The notes beneath the pieces are model-generated. The model was not told where the DNA came from. It saw only the letters and a program-made list of their open reading frames with translations, and ran no database searches. A stretch of DNA of 61,085 bases from Rhizaria sp. SCN 62-66 (Eukaryota). Position 1 is the first letter of the stretch. Every line of letters starts with the position of its first letter. Below are positions 59,701-61,085 of the stretch, in pieces. The DNA lies in assembly GCA_001724265.1 (NCBI GenBank), contig MEDY01000036.1, positions 124,001 through 185,085 on the forward strand. Reading direction: 5' to 3'. The translations under genes were made by a program, and so were the position numbers.

Positions 59701-61085
59701 GCCCGCGCCGCGCTGCCCGCCGTAATGGTCGCCGCCGCCACGGCCGCCGTTGCCTCGGCCACGAGTGCCGCGAGCGGCGGCCCTAGTGGCGGGGCGGGGG
59801 CGGTCGGCGCGGGCAGCGCTGCGGCAGGCGTGTCGTCACTGGGCACCGGCATCGCTACGACTGGCCCCGCCGCGGCCGCCGCGCTGGAGGCGCTGCTCGC
59901 GCTCGCGCGGCCCGCAACCGCCGCCGCCATCGCCTCGGTGCTGGCCGCCACTGCCGCCGCATCGACGGCAGCAGGAGTGCACACCAGCGCGACCCGGACG
60001 CGTGCCACGGCCGTGGCGGTCACGCGCGCGGTGTCCCTGGCGCTGGCCGTGGCCGATCGCGCCGCGCACGGGCACCGGCTCGCGCGCGCGGGCGCCGCAC
60101 TGGGGCCGGGGACCGCGCTCGCCGCGCCGCTGCCGGGCGCCGTCGCTGCGGCGGCGGACGACACGCTCGCCACTGCCGCGGCCGCTGCTGCTGTGGCCAT
60201 CAGCCAGGGCTCCGCAACGGCCGCAGTTGCCGCGCTGGCCGCAACGCGCGCTCTCTCTGATATCAGCGGCGGCGGCAGTGGCGGCGGCGGTAGCGCGCTG
60301 CTGCTGTCGCCGGTGCTGCCGCTGGGCGTCTACTCCCCGCTCGCGCTTGCCACAGTTGCCGCCGCGTCCCTCACCCCCGTCGGCGCTGCCGCTGCCACGG
60401 CCGCGACGGCGCCGCTGCGGCTGGCGCTGGCGCCGACGGCCACGACCACTCTGGCCACGCCCGCCGGCGCCCTGGAGGTGACCGTGGGCGCGGCGCTGGC
60501 GGCGCGGGCCGGCGCGCTCTGGCGCCTCGGCCACCGCGGGCCCGCGCTCGTGGCCGCCCGGCTCGCGCTCGGCGGCCGGCCCCTGCCGCTGCGCCTGCCC
60601 CGCGCCGCTCTCTGCAGTAACGGCGACGGCATGTTGCCGACTGCGACAGCGACAGCACCTAGTGTGCGCCTGCGCGTGCTCGCGCGCTGCTCGGCGCGGC
60701 CGACCGCTGCCGCGCGCGCCGCCGCCGCCGTCGCTGCATACGCGGCGGCAGCGACTCTGGCTGGCGGCACCGGCACTGGCCCCGCGGCTCCCGCCGCGTG
60801 CCGCGCTGTCCTCGCGACTGTGGGCAACGCTAGTGACCTAAGTACCCCCTTAGACCAGCTCGCGGCGCTCTCTGCACAGGGCAGCGCTGACGACGACGAC
60901 AACTCGGTTGTCAAGCAGCTTGTGCCTGCCACCGTTGCAACGCCGATCGTGACTCTGAGCAATGGCTACGATCTCGCCAGCAACAGCGCTAGCTCCGCGA
61001 CTGGTGATCAGATGTCGTCGGCGCTCGCACTTAGCGCCCTCGCCGCCCCGGCCGCGGCCCGCGCCCGCGCCAGCGCTGCCCCGGC
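56716..61085 (+). CDS. ANAPC5: Anaphase-promoting complex subunit 5-like protein, partial (runs off the window), in-frame TAG at 57721-57723
   Basis: LTPHHLAVALLV near the N-terminus, SVFSAYLRAVAARAARLSPA*AALLAGALRVY, and RAGALWRLGHRGPAL (about 60505-60550) resemble APC5 blocks as recalled (VTPYKIAVLVL; SVVGLFLR..KLSFSQVFKLYTALQQY; TAIWRLYGR). The frame appears stop-free from 57724 to the window end. Confidence 0.6.

Noticed and set aside
1550-60962. Hundreds of long overlapping or antisense ORFs in the ORF track
   Set aside because: Expected shadows of very GC-rich coding sequence with few stops in alternative frames. They show no recognisable motifs.

Overview
Gene-dense eukaryotic (protist-type) nuclear DNA: very GC-rich, Ala/Ser-rich exons separated by short AT-rich GT-AG introns (about 100-240 nt) and short intergenic spacers. 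I reconstruct 12 protein-coding genes: Rab23-like GTPase (partial), XRN1, long-chain acyl-CoA synthetase, a giant RCC1-repeat + TBC Rab-GAP protein, NAA38/LSm, an acyl-protein-thioesterase-like protein, OSCP1, a degenerate cyclophilin-zinc-ribbon protein, a CEP70-like coiled-coil protein, CK2 alpha, a giant PLD-type (bacterial-like) cardiolipin synthase, and an APC5-like protein (partial). The main signal is that two apparently intact genes (cardiolipin synthase, TAG at 46080-46082; APC5-like, TAG at 57721-57723) each carry one in-frame TAG and then continue in frame for hundreds of codons or more. All 10 complete genes end in TAA (6) or TGA (4), never TAG. This points to a variant nuclear genetic code with UAG read as sense (best guess Gln), or to recoding or editing. 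Family assignments rest on motif recognition from memory, not on database searches. No rRNA, tRNA, CRISPR or transposon was recognised.
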